Shown in pieces: positions 1-11,381 of a stretch of DNA of 64,000 bases. A program made the translations under genes and the position numbers. Each line of letters begins with the position of its first letter. Within the stretch, counting starts at the first letter, position 1. Under the pieces are notes generated by a model. It was not told where the DNA came from. It was given only the letters and a program-made list of their open reading frames with translations, and made no database searches. Source of the DNA: Callorhinchus milii (Eukaryota); the NCBI RefSeq assembly GCF_018977255.1, contig NW_024704742.1, forward strand, positions 18,354,001 to 18,418,000. Reading direction: 5' to 3'.

Positions 1-929
1 AGACCCTACATTTTTACTAAATGAAGCACTTTGAGAAGCCTCTCAACATGAAAGGATTATTATTATGACAATAATAAACAGGTATTCATTTCAGTTACCA
101 GAATTGCATCACACCAACCTATAGGAACACCAGTATTGCAAAATCTATTTCCCGAGTACAGTTCTCATGGGTTGTTGGGAATTTTAACAGGATTCCTTAT
201 TAAGGAAGGAATCCATTACTACACTAATTCCTTATTAAGGAAGGAATCCTGTTGAAAAAATACCTCCAATTTAAACGCTTAAAATGAAAGGATTTCAGTA
301 ACATAAACTGGAAGGAGAGGGAAGAAATAAACCACCCAAGAACACAGTCCTCTGGCAGCTGTACTCTACACATGTCCCTTATCACTGTCATTTATTTTGG
401 TAACATTGCTGATGTTATTGGGGAACATGTTAATAGTCCGCAGGGAACTTATTTTCTTCCATTCTTCACAAAGTGCTGCTTTTCATTTTTTTTCAGTTGA
501 CCGTCAAAATAATTCTTTGGGGATTCCATTTTTCGTTTCATTGTGGACTATTTTCTATATTTGCGAGCCCTGAGCTGTCATTCATTTGTGCAGAATCAAA
601 TAAAATGCTTTTTTGGAGAGTTTCTGCAATCTGTGATGATTAAATGCACATACGTAGACCAGAACTAGAAACCTGAATAAGAAAATGTGTAATTATCTTG
701 TATTCAGATTGCATTTGTCTAGCTCTGGGAGATATTTTTAGGAAAACGGTTCTATTCTGAGTATCGCTCAATTTTAAGCCCATCAGCTGCTTGATTTATC
801 TGCGTATTGCCTCTAGCCAATGTGCAGCATAGTTATTTGTAGTTTTTCTGCTTCAGTTCCTAAGCAATGCTGACAGGCAGGAAGCTAAGTAATGACTGAC
901 AACAAAGTGCTGACATTTTATAAAATGAG

Positions 930-1055
930 ATTATAATAATAAAACTTGCATTTGATAAAGCAATTTATCACATCTTCAAGATGTCTCAAAGTGCTTCACA
1001 GAATATACTGTATATTTGAACTGACTGTATATTTTGTGGGTGAGATGATTTGGTT
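930..1055 (-). mobile_element. SINE 3' tail fragment
   Basis: cttgcatttgata...tcaaagtgcttcacagaatatactg...gactgtatattttgtgggtg. Confidence 0.8.
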
Positions 1056-2454
1056 GAAAAGTAGCTATTTCTTGACATGAAATTGCACTTTGATGTACAG
1101 ACAAAATATTTTCACCAGAAAATGTAAGACACTCATTGATGGTGATCTTAAGGATAAACATTATTACATGGACTTGCTCACCACAGTGTAACCCTCCAAG
1201 AAGCAGAATGCATCAGCCAAAGTAGCATCAGATGATTGGTGTTAAGTTGATCTCCATCTGACTTTCTTAATTCGTGAATGGTGACATCCTGGTACAGTAA
1301 ACAGGACTGGTAGATATTTAGAGGGTGAGCAGGAACACAGCACACTATGATAACTAGACCACGTGATATTTATTTTTAAATGTATTGATGTCCTACATGT
1401 ATTTGACCTCAAGTTGCAGAGTGATGATAAGTGTATCTTGACTCTGAGACATGGGATTATTTTCTTTTTCCTGAACGCTCTTGACTGTGAATGGGTGTTG
1501 AAGGGGCAACTTCTCTCTACTCTAACGTGCCTGTCTACTGCTGATTTTATATTGATTAAGTGGCGGCATTGAAACTATTTTATTGTTAGAAATCCTGGGT
1601 TTGGCGATTTTTGTTTCAAGTGTTTGGAGAATTTATTATAGCCTTAGAATATCAGTATAATAATATATTTTTATTATATATTATTATGTTAAGAATGTTC
1701 CCTTAGCCTATGTTTCACAAGTAGGAATATAATGGCCACTATTTATCTATAATTTTTGGTACCTAAGTCAGGAATGCCTTTTTAAATAGTTTTACACAGT
1801 AAAGATCAATCGGTCATGTGTCCACAGTGGGTGTTTGTTTTGCTTATTTACTCCGTGTGAGGATAGTGGAGCAAAGTTAATTACGCAGATCAAGTGGTTA
1901 ATTTCTAGTTGTTAGGGCAGCAGTTGCCATTAATTAGCACTGAAGTCAGAAAGAATGTCTTATTTGTCTTGGAAGAAAAGTTTTGTGTCATTAAAAAGTG
2001 TCTTTTGTGAAGAATATCAAGTGTATTGCCTGAAAACCAATTACAAAGTGCCTTTCCAAAACACAGCATCAACGATAATGTCCTCTTCATTGTCTGTCTA
2101 TTTTTGTTTGTGCCAAAGACCTGCAGGAGTTGCCAGTGGGATTGTAAAACTCATTCTGGGAGTTAATGATGGGAATCTCTAGAATCTATTGAAATACAAA
2201 GCCGTGAAGCTTTTACTGCAATTAATCAAAATGATAAAACTGAACCATTAGGCATTATGTTTAATTTGTTTCACAATCCTGTTCACGCAGAATTTCTCTC
2301 AATGTTTTAAAATCTCAACTATGAATCCTGACTTTTAATGTAATTGGAACCAACGTTTCATTATTTAACTCTTTTCAACCTTAAAATAGTTGTCTCATTT
2401 ACCACATTACATTGTTTTTATTAGCAAATGTAGTTGGAATGCTTGTTTTTTTGA

Positions 2455-2990
2455 TCATCCAGATGTCTGACACATGCAGCAAACCACCATCATGTTTAAG
2501 AATATCCGAACCAGTCCCTGCATGTTGCGTGTCTGAAATGTGATGCATACTCTCTCTCTGGAGGGATTCACCTTGCTTAACTAATCCCTGAGATATTAGG
2601 TGCAAGTTGACAAGAGCCAAGTCTTGAGGACCCCAGCATATTTTCTGGAGTTCAATCAACTATCGCTGCACAGTTTGCCATGGATAGTTTGCCTGGAAAG
2701 CTTCCTGCTGCTTTTCGAGTGGAACCACTCTATCTACCCATTAGGGATTTGGCTTGCAGGAGTAAAAGGATCCAAGTGGGAAGAATCCCTGCTCCCAGTG
2801 ACCAATCTGCCTGAACAAGTCCTGCCGATCATCAGCAGTGCCCTGGAGTACTGTAGACCTTCCAGACTACCGAGACTATTACAGAGAGTTCACTTGATTC
2901 TTCTATTCCACTGCCAAGCATGTTGCTCGCAAAGGGACACCAATTACTTTCCTCCCCCCCCAATGGAATACTGCACATCCTAGTCTTCAG
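2455..2990 (+). repeat. Unclassified interspersed repeat family A (other copies at 21890-22110, 23420-23690, 45830-46340)
   Basis: Shared blocks tgtctgacacatgcag, ctgcttacctaattccaga..gtattagg, caagagccaag, ctggagttcaatca. Confidence 0.75.
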
Positions 2991-3289
2991 ACCATTGTGT
3001 ACAGTTTTAGTTACCTTACCTCTAAAAAGGATTCAAGGAAGAACAACGCCAACTTGTCTGGGTCTTTGAGAGGTAGAGCTGAGATTCCTTTCAACAGAGA
3101 AAAGAAAATGGTAGGGGATTTTAAAAGGCTGACATAGATAGTATAAAATAGATGAAAGCAAACTTATTGACTAAGACCATACCATAAGCATAATGACAGA
3201 ACCAAAAGAGATAGTCAGTCTTACATTTTAAATTCTCAAGTAACACTGGTAATTAGAAAGCTCTTCCCATTCCCTCTCCACACATGTAG

Positions 3290-4145
3290 AATGGCGGATA
3301 TGAGATATTCTGGTCTCAACCACCATCCCGGCAACCTGTTTCAATTGTTACTTGCCACTGGATAAAGAAATACCCCTGTTGTCTGTCCTGAAATTTTTCT
3401 TTGTAACCTTAAATATGTGCTCTTTTCTACTTTCTCAATCCCACTTAAAATCTTGTATACTTGTGGAATCCTGTAACTCAGTGGTTAGAGCACTTGCCTT
3501 GCAAGCAAGACAATTCCAGGCAGGGCGAAAACTTGGGCAAGTTTCCTTACTCCACACGCCTAATAATAATCCCTCCAAAACAAAAAAAAACAAAAATTGG
3601 TCAATTTCAATCCACGACTGTTTGTGGGACACTGCTGTGCACAATTGGCTGCCGCATTTCACCCACAAATATAGTCAATTCACTTTACAGCATATTCTGT
3701 GAAGCACTTTGAGACATCTAGAAAATGTGAAAAGCGCTATATCAAATGCAAGGATTATTATTATTATTTATTATATACTTGTATAAGGCTCCCTCTAAGA
3801 CATCTCCTTTCAACACTGAAGAGTCCTCATCTGACTAATTGCTGCTCAGAGCACAACACTAGGAATCATCCCGATTGTTTGTCTCTACGCTGTCTCTATG
3901 ACCTGGGTAATCCACTTATGTCACATCGACCACAGTTGTATACAGTATTCTAGAGGTTGCTTGACCAGAGAACAGTACAGCTTCTGTATAGCTTCTGGAT
4001 CTGAACTCAACAGTATTGACAACATTGCCCAGCATGCTGTTTCTCTTGCTTTTTGCTGCCTCACCCGGTTTTGAAATGGTGAGCGATGGTTCAACAAACA
4101 CTCTTTGATCTCTTTCAGCTTCCTCCTTGACAAGTTCTATCCCAT
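3290..4145 (-). mobile_element. CR1 3' fragment, interrupted by the SINE at 3465-3773
   Basis: Minus-strand ORFs read LYCSLVKQPLEYCIQLWS; sequence resumes after a TATACTTGT duplication. Confidence 0.75.
3465..3773 (+). mobile_element. tRNA-derived SINE, short subfamily
   Basis: tRNA-like head, cttgggcaagtttccttactcc block, tail tcaaatgcaagg(att)n; TSD TATACTTGT at 3456-3464 and 3774-3782. Confidence 0.92.
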
Positions 4146-7100
4146 CTATGTACTTGTACTGTGTGCGTATAGGAAGTACCTGTGTACTGTGTACTGCAAC
4201 TGTACTGCACATAAGACGTTTTTTTTTACTTCCTATATGCAGTACTTTGCACTTAAAGGTATTGACAGTCATCAGTCCATGTGCATACCCTATCAAGCTT
4301 GCTTGGTGAGACCTTGTTTTTTTTTGATAGTATTATGAATTGCAGGATTAACCATAGATGAAGAGAAGTAGCAACAGCAGGCCAGAAAAAGACTGTCTCA
4401 ACGACTCACTGAAGGAGTCATAAACTACATAAGGCAATGGCTCAATAGAAACCTACAAGCCTAGCTCTAACAACAGAGACTGTGGTAGAACTGCTGGGTT
4501 TTATGAAAAATGACTTGCAAGGAAGATGATCTGATCACATAGCATTACCAGCTGCTATGAAAATTACTACTGCATTCAACGTTTATGTAAATGTCTCCTT
4601 CGAAGCTGCAACTGAGGGTCTTTTTCATTATATGGCACTATTTGAAAAGAGAAGGATTTTCTTTCTCCCAGTCCACAGTTAATCCTTTTTACAGTATATC
4701 CTCTAAAGTGCGTTGAGACATCTCAACCAAGCGATAAGGCACTATATCAAATATAAGGATTTTTTTCAGAAGTGAGCCAACATGCTGGGTTCTGCTGCAA
4801 TGAAGAAAAAACTATTGCTTTGTTCTCTACAGCCTAACATTGTATTTATTTTGCCTGCACAGACAAGCACAGAATTTGTTTTAACTATTGCCAGGTTCCT
4901 ACTCTAAAAGGATTTGATTTCGCCCATGACCTTTAGGCTCTCTTCCTGCATTCAGCATCTTATTTTAACCGCTGGGAATTTTACTAAGTAAACGCACAAC
5001 TGTTATGTCATCAAGTGGTTGTATTGTTCAGGTAAAAAGATCAACAAGGTTATTGAGGGTACATTTATATCTAAAAATAGCAGTTTAACTGTAGATTGTG
5101 AAATATAAGCCTGTTATTGAGGACTGCCAAGATCAGGAAAGTAAAATTTTGCATTGTGGCAGGACACATCATGGCAACATGGCATGAGTTCATAGGTTAA
5201 CCCTGCAAGCCAAAGCTCTAATGGGTTGGATGGTCCAAGTTGGACAAGCAGAGGGAAAGCTTGCCAGATGGGAGTAGTATATTATTTTTCCATTACACTA
5301 TACTTACCTATATAAAACCAGCAAACATTTCCTAACCTTAAATTTCTACTCCGCTGATGAGCACATAACATATCTAATTTACAGAATGTAGGAACAGGAA
5401 GTCCACAGTGATATGCACAAAGGAAATGTGAATAAATTGTCAGCTATTATACATTATGCAGTGTGTATTACTCTCCGATTCACATCAGCAACACACGGAG
5501 ACTTAGAGTACTCATATTAATGAACCAATCCATTCTAAAGATTAATTTTACTAGATTGATAGTAAAACATTACTTAATATCTTTTACCTGACATTCGCTG
5601 CATTTTTTCCCATTTGATGGATTTAAATTATTTATACCCTTTAGGTTACGTGATAGCAAATAACTGAATTTTCCATATTTCATTCATAAAATGTTGAGTA
5701 GTAATAATAATCCTTGCATTTGATAGTATTAGAGTAGTATTAGATTACAACGCAAATCTCGGCTTCAAAATGGCACACAGGGATGTAAACCAGGCCAAAT
5801 CCTCTTTATTCCTGTAAAAACAGTTGTCCCATGAACCCTCGGGCAGTGTCAACAGTGCAGTTCCTCCAGTTTATTTAATGTCAGTCTGCCAGTAGCTGGC
5901 GATAATCGCTCAATGCGAGATTGTTCTTTTTTGTAGACATGAATTACTTTGTAATCAGAGGCTGATGGAGTTGTATGGAAGGTATTTTACTAGAAAGCTC
6001 CACCCCCTCACACACAAGCAACTAACACTCTCTTTCAATAAACTAGGAGTTTTGTCACTTTTAACCAATGTATATATATTTTTGGAAAACTTAGTTGCCT
6101 ATAAAAATGAACAATGTGGATTATGGCATCAGAGAAGATAGTATTTGCTTGCTATTACATTTGCATAGTTTGCACCATCTGATGAACAAATCTGACAGGA
6201 ATCAATTGTAAATTAGTGTAAATCAGATATTGGCACCTCTACAATGGCATTAGTTTCTTAGCTTTTTGATGACAGTGACCTGACTGGGGCACATCTATAA
6301 CATTTTGTAAGAACAATTCACCTTTGTGTTGTATAGCCACTGATACAAAATAGAATCTTTTTATTACACAAAGAAACTAACACTCGCTTCCGAGTGTTAA
6401 ACAAAGCCTTTATGTACATATTTATTTAGAAAACACTGCATTGTCAGAGGCAATGTTGTTTGGATGAAATGTTAAATCCATTTGTTTGTTTAGGTGGATG
6501 TTCACGAACATATACTACAGTTCAGTCCTGTGGAAAATCCTGCTGTTTGGTGATGTGATAAGGTGTTGCATCAAATGAAAGCATTATTTTAAACTAAAAT
6601 ACTATCTGTTTGTTCAGGTGGACATTAAAAATCCATGGTATTATTCGAACATAGAAAAAAGTTTGTCCTTTGGTGTCTTGGCCATCAATCTGCCACAAAA
6701 AAAATGATATTTCCTTCATTGTTGTTTATTGGACATTACACTGCACAAGTTAGTTGCTGTGGTTCCCGACACATCCTCTACAGTTTCCTCTTCATTGTTA
6801 ATATCGCCACTACCCCCATTATAGTATTCTACAGCATTGTCTTCCCATGTGAATAGAAATTAACCATGGGTTAATAATGCAGTTAGCATCTGCACACAAT
6901 TCTTTTTCAAATATAAGGATCCTTTTCTGTTAATGCATAATGTTAAGGAATGCTCAATATCAAGTATTAATGTCTACAGTGGTTTCATTTCAAAGTCTAT
7001 TAAAAAGTTAATTGCGAACCTCAGGAAAATGCTAAACTGAGAAACTGTATATTACTTATCCAGCTTGTATTGTTCTATTTCATTAGACTTTTGGCTCACA

Positions 7101-7273
7101 GAGCTGAAGATCTGACTACATTTTCAAGTCTAATTGATGAGGGAGACACGCTGATTCACCATCAATGAATTTTAACTAACTGAAGTATCAAACAAGCATG
7201 CACAAGTAAGTATGTTTTCTGTAGAAATCTAGATGAAGTTGAGCTTTATAAGTACAAATTGTTGTTATTGTTG

Positions 7274-7600
7274 AGGTCCTGTAGTGTAGCAGTTAACACA
7301 CTCGACTCGCAAGTGGGAGGACCTGGGTTTGATTCCCCGGTAGGGCGAAATTTTAGGCAAGTTTCCTTACTCCTTATGCCTCGGTTTACCTAGCAGTATG
7401 TAGGAACCCAGTTGTTAGTCGATTGTCGGATCACTTTTCCGGGGATAATAATCCCTTAAGCAAAATAATAATTAATTGGTCACTCAATCCATGACTGTTT
7501 GAGGGACACTGCTGTGCCCAATTGGCTACCATGTTTCACCTACAAAAGTATATTCTGTGAAGCGCTTTGACATGTCTTGAAGATGTGATAAGGAGCCATA
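7274..7600 (+). mobile_element. tRNA-derived SINE, long subfamily
   Basis: Same head and tail plus central gcctcggtttacctagcagtatgtaggaacccagttgttagtcgatt...cggatcacttttccgggg. Confidence 0.88.
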
Positions 7601-7604
7601 TAAT

Positions 7605-7725
7605 AAAAAATAATCCTTGCATTTGATATAGCGCTTCTCACATCTTCTAGACTTCTCAAAGCGCTTCACAGAATATACTGTAAAGTGAGTTGACTGTATA
7701 TTTGTGGGCAAACAGTCGTGGATTA
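7605..7725 (-). mobile_element. SINE 3' fragment, inverted relative to the neighbouring copy
   Basis: taatccttgcatttgatatagcgc...aaagcgcttcacagaatatactgtaaagtg. Confidence 0.85.
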
Positions 7726-7769
7726 TTTGTGTTGGAAGGCTGTTTCAAAGTACTTCACTTTGAACTCAC

Positions 7770-7930
7770 AGACTTGGCTGACACTCCAAAGCAGTATTGG
7801 GGAATGCTGCATTAATGGAGGTACTTTGGCTGAGACGTTGAATTGAGTTCCCATCTGCCTGTTTAATTGCACGTTATGATCCTATGGCACTATTCAAACA
7901 GAAAAGGGGATGTCAAATGTAAGGATTTCT
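7770..7930 (+). mobile_element. Deu-domain-like SINE relic
   Basis: gctgacactcc...ggaatgctgca...tgagacgttgaattgag...gatcctatggcactattc. Confidence 0.6.
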
Positions 7931-8049
7931 GTTATGTTTTCCATTTCATCCTATTTTTTGGCTTTTCTGCATACTCTTTTATATTTCTTGTTTTTAGATA
8001 TTTATCTACCTCCCTCTTGAAAGCTAATATGGAAATGCCTCAACCAATG

Positions 8050-8400
8050 TTATAAGTGGTGCATTCCACATCCTAACAACTCTCTGTATCATGAAAAAAA
8101 ACTAACCTCCCTTTTGGTTCTTTTGGTAATTAGATTAAATTTATGCCTTGTCGTCACTCACTCAAGGACCAGTTAAAATAATTTCTTCCTGTTTCTTTCA
8201 TCAATAACCCTCATGATTTTAAAACCCTGTATTAGGTCTCCACTGTTCAAGAGAAAACAGCCTCATTTTCTCCATTCTTTCCTTACAAGTAAAACCGCTC
8301 ATCTCTGATATCCTAGTGAATCTACCCTTCACACCCTATTGTGGTCTTGACATCCTTTCTGTGATGGGATAGACGCAATACTCCTACTGTGACCTATTGT
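8050..8400 (-). mobile_element. Degraded CR1 3' fragment
   Basis: cattccacatcctaacaactctctg...gattttaaaaccctgtattaggtctcc...gagaaaacagcctca resembles the reverse of the CR1 3' coding end. Confidence 0.55.
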
Positions 8401-8442
8401 GACAGTGTCATTTATTCTCTGCTGGTCGATCAATTTAATATT

Positions 8443-8712
8443 AATAATCCTTGCATTTCATTTAGTGCCTTATCATACCGTTGAGACGTCTCACGGGATA
8501 TACTGTAAAATGTAGTGGCCGTGTATTTTGTGGGTGAAATGTGGCAGCCAGTTTGCACATTTCAATATCCCACAGACAACCACGTTTGCGACCGATTTTA
8601 TTCGGGAGGACTTGTTGGCCAGGGAGAAACTTTTCTTTTCGAATAATGCCATTGGATCTTTAACGTCCACCTGAACAGGCAGACAGGAACCTCAGTTTAG
8701 CATCTCCTGTCC
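8443..8712 (-). mobile_element. Deu-domain-like SINE relic
   Basis: Reverse strand reads ...actgaggttcctgtctgcctgttcaggtggacgttaaagatccaatggcattattcgaaaag..., recalled as the Deu-domain motif (GTGGACGTTAAAGATCCCATGGCACT), followed by the shared SINE tail. Confidence 0.7.
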
Positions 8713-9030
8713 AGGACGAATTTACCCACAATTCGTTTTGGACAAGTTGCCAACTTCTTTAGCAATCCTTTAAGCGCTCTGAGACGCGACCCTGGGCGGA
8801 GGGCGCGATATAAGCGCAAGTTCTTGTTGTTGTGGACTGGGGCACCATCAGCAAATGCCGGAACCAAATAATTCTGGTCGGGCATAGCATCCAAACGATT
8901 TCGAAATAAAATGGCACAGGCGATGTTATACGCAACACTGCAGAGGACTTGAAGGAGTACCTCCTGTTACATCAGGTTGACAGAGAAACCAATTGGTTTG
9001 AGATTGCCTGAGTAAATTGCCCTTTTAATT

Positions 9031-9036
<6 letters not shown>

Positions 9037-9063
<27 letters not shown>
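9037..9063. repeat. (CT)n microsatellite
   Basis: Direct reading. Confidence 0.95.
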
Positions 9064-9067
<4 letters not shown>

Positions 9068-9276
9068 CTCTGATTTATTTTTTTTCGGTCGCCAGCAAAT
9101 CACCAGGAGAGGAGGATTGAGGCCATTTGCTTCTCTCGCCCTCTCTTCCCTGATCTCCCAGACCGTGGGAATGCGAGTCACGGGTTTTAATGACGATCAA
9201 CGTTACATAACTCCAGTCGCCAACTCGCCCCGGAATGGTCCTGGGAATGGTTCGGCGCACTCACCAGTGTCAAGGA

Positions 9277-9288
9277 TGGGGAGGGAGG

Positions 9289-9333
<45 letters not shown>

Positions 9334-9461
9334 GAGGAGGAGGAGAGAGAGAGAGAGAGAGGAGGGAGGGAGAGAGGAGGGAGGGAGGGAGAGGAGGAGA
9401 GAGGAGAGAGAGAGGAGGGAGGGGGAGAGAGAGAGGGAGAGAGAGAGAGAGGAGGGAGGAG

Positions 9462-9495
<34 letters not shown>

Positions 9496-9535
9496 GGGAG
9501 GGAGGGAGGGAGGGAGAGAGAGAGAGAGGGAGAGG
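9277..9535. repeat. Purine-only (GA/GGA/GGGA)n tract
   Basis: ~260 nt of only G and A on the + strand, upstream of GUCY1A1 exon 1. Confidence 0.97.
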
Positions 9536-9738
9536 CGATGTGATGTGATGTGATGAGGCTTTAAAAGGACAGACACGAACGTGTCAGCGTAAAGGTGCTG
9601 TTTTCGGGTCAGTTAATGGAGTGCGATCGTCACGAATGAATGACCACTGAACCGCAGAGGCTGGTGAGAGGCGGAGAGGGAGAGGCGGCGGATGGATGGA
9701 TGGATGGGTGGATGGTGGATGGCTGTCCGGCCGCGGCG

Positions 9739-10013
9739 ATGTCCTGTGAGCAAGTGACGACGGAGCTGAATGCCCCCCTCGGGTGTCCGCTGTCCAGGGC
9801 GGTCCGAGGGGCTGAGCCGGAGCCGGAGCCGGAGCCGGAGCCCGGGGTCTCCGCGGGGCCCCGCGCTGCCCGTCCCGATGTGCCCGGCGGGGAATGTGCC
9901 GGTTTCCCGGGAAGCCGAGCAGCAGGAAAGGCGGCGGCGGCGGCGGCGGCTGCAGGACCCGAGGCAATCTGCACACCCTGGGAGCGGGGATCCGCAAACT
10001 GATCTGCCCCGAG
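9739..10013 (+). CDS. GUCY1A1: Soluble guanylate cyclase alpha1, coding exon 1 (contains an apparent 1-nt frameshift)
   Basis: ATG 9739 (gcggcgATGt) reads MSCEQ...GCPLSR, like the sGC alpha N-terminal GECPF/LS motif. The 3' part, in another frame, reads RTRGNLHTLGAGIRKLICPE (human alpha1: [20 protein letters not shown]) and ends at donor GAG|gtaacc. CpG-rich. The 5' boundary is uncertain. Confidence 0.7.
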
Positions 10014-10107
10014 GTAACCAAACCCGCTGCTGCCCTCCACTCCGCACAGAATCGCCAACCTCTCAGTCCCGCGGGTGATGCGTCCGCTGTGTGTTGTCTG
10101 CGGTCCT

Positions 10108-10220
10108 CACACACACACTCTCACACACACTCACACACACTCTCACACACACACACACTCACTCACTCACACACACACACACACACTCACTCACACACAC
10201 ACACACACTCACACACACAC
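10108..10220. repeat. (CA)n/(CT) compound microsatellite
   Basis: Direct reading; GUCY1A1 intron 1. Confidence 0.95.
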
Positions 10221-10332
10221 GCGGGTTTGGGTTCGTCTGCGGTTTAACGCTCCGCATCGCATCACTCAAAACTCGGGATTGTTTTCTACCACTGGTGCGG
10301 CGGCGTGAAATGTTGTTATCTGAATAATGATT

Positions 10333-10484
10333 CCCCCCCCACTCCCCCCCCACACCCCCCCCCCCACACCCCCCACACCCCCCCCCCACCCCACACCCCC
10401 CCACCCCACACACCCCCCCACCCCCCACACACACCCCCCCCACCCACCCCCCACCCCACACCCCCCCCCACCCCACACACCACC
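10333..10484. repeat. C-rich (CnA) low-complexity tract (G-runs on the minus strand)
   Basis: Many C4-C10 runs separated by A/ACA. Confidence 0.95.
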
Positions 10485-10634
10485 AGGATCTGCTTCCCTT
10501 TTTCTACTTTAGCAGGGGGTGGGGTGGGGGTGGGGGTGGTCAAAAAAAAAATTCAATGTATCCTCAAGGCCAACCCCACAATTACCTTAAAAACAAATTG
10601 ATTGAATTTCACACAGAGTGTGTGTGAGCTGCAT

Positions 10635-10661
10635 AATAATAATAATAATAATAATAATAAT
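10635..10661. repeat. (AAT)n microsatellite
   Basis: Direct reading. Confidence 0.9.
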
Positions 10662-11319
10662 GTGTGGCAAGTTGTCTGTGGTTTAGAAGGTGGTGATGCT
10701 TTTTGGAGGGGATCCTGCACATGGCTGTGTTTGAATTATTGAGCACTTGAGGGCTTGGTGTCTGCCTGTCCCTCTGGGGTCGCTGGAGCCACTTTACTTC
10801 CAACAAGTCCTGGGATTCGTTCAACTTCTTCCACTTGACATCTGCAGTTTTCGAAAGCAAATCTCGCCGGTTACTTTAGGGTTATTGCAGGGATCTTGGC
10901 GATGGGGGTGGAGGGGGGGATGCTCGATTTCTGATGCAAATTCGTTTGACCCCCCCCCCCCCCCCCCCACCCCACACACACACTTTTTTTTAATTAAGTA
11001 ACCGAGTTCCTTTTTTAGAAATCCAGTTGCAAATAGTGAATGATGTTTTAGGGAATTGGACTGGACATGTTGTTGCAGTTGTTGCAATGGCACTGCAGAG
11101 CTATCTATGGTGGGAGTCTCTGCACCAGGTGAATTCTGAACTTCTTGATATTATTGAAACTCCGGGCTTGGTTTCATTAAAAAATAGTTACAAAGCAATC
11201 GTGGGTTCAATTTGACAGCGACGTTTTAGCCTCTGGTTCAACCGCAGCACCACCGGCCCAGTGAAAGGATTAATGATCAAGATGTTAGTTTATTAAGACA
11301 ACCTTTATTTTCTCGACAG

Positions 11320-11381
11320 TTCCAACGATTGCACATTGCTTTGCAGAGAAGCGTTGAGAAATGCAAACCAAAGGATCAAAG
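11320..11381 (+). CDS. GUCY1A1: sGC alpha1 coding exon 2 (FQRLHIALQRSVEKCKPKDQ)
   Basis: Acceptor ttttctcgacag|TTC, donor AG|gtatgt, 62 nt, phase 0 to 2. Resembles human [20 protein letters not shown]. Confidence 0.92.

Larger units (their letters stand above)
9560..10310 (+). promoter_or_regulatory. CpG-island-like region around the GUCY1A1 first coding exon
   Basis: Dense CG dinucleotides and high GC against an AT-rich, CpG-poor background. Confidence 0.65.

Noticed and set aside
9117..9576. RE-rich and SL-rich ORFs
   Set aside because: Translations of the GA tract.
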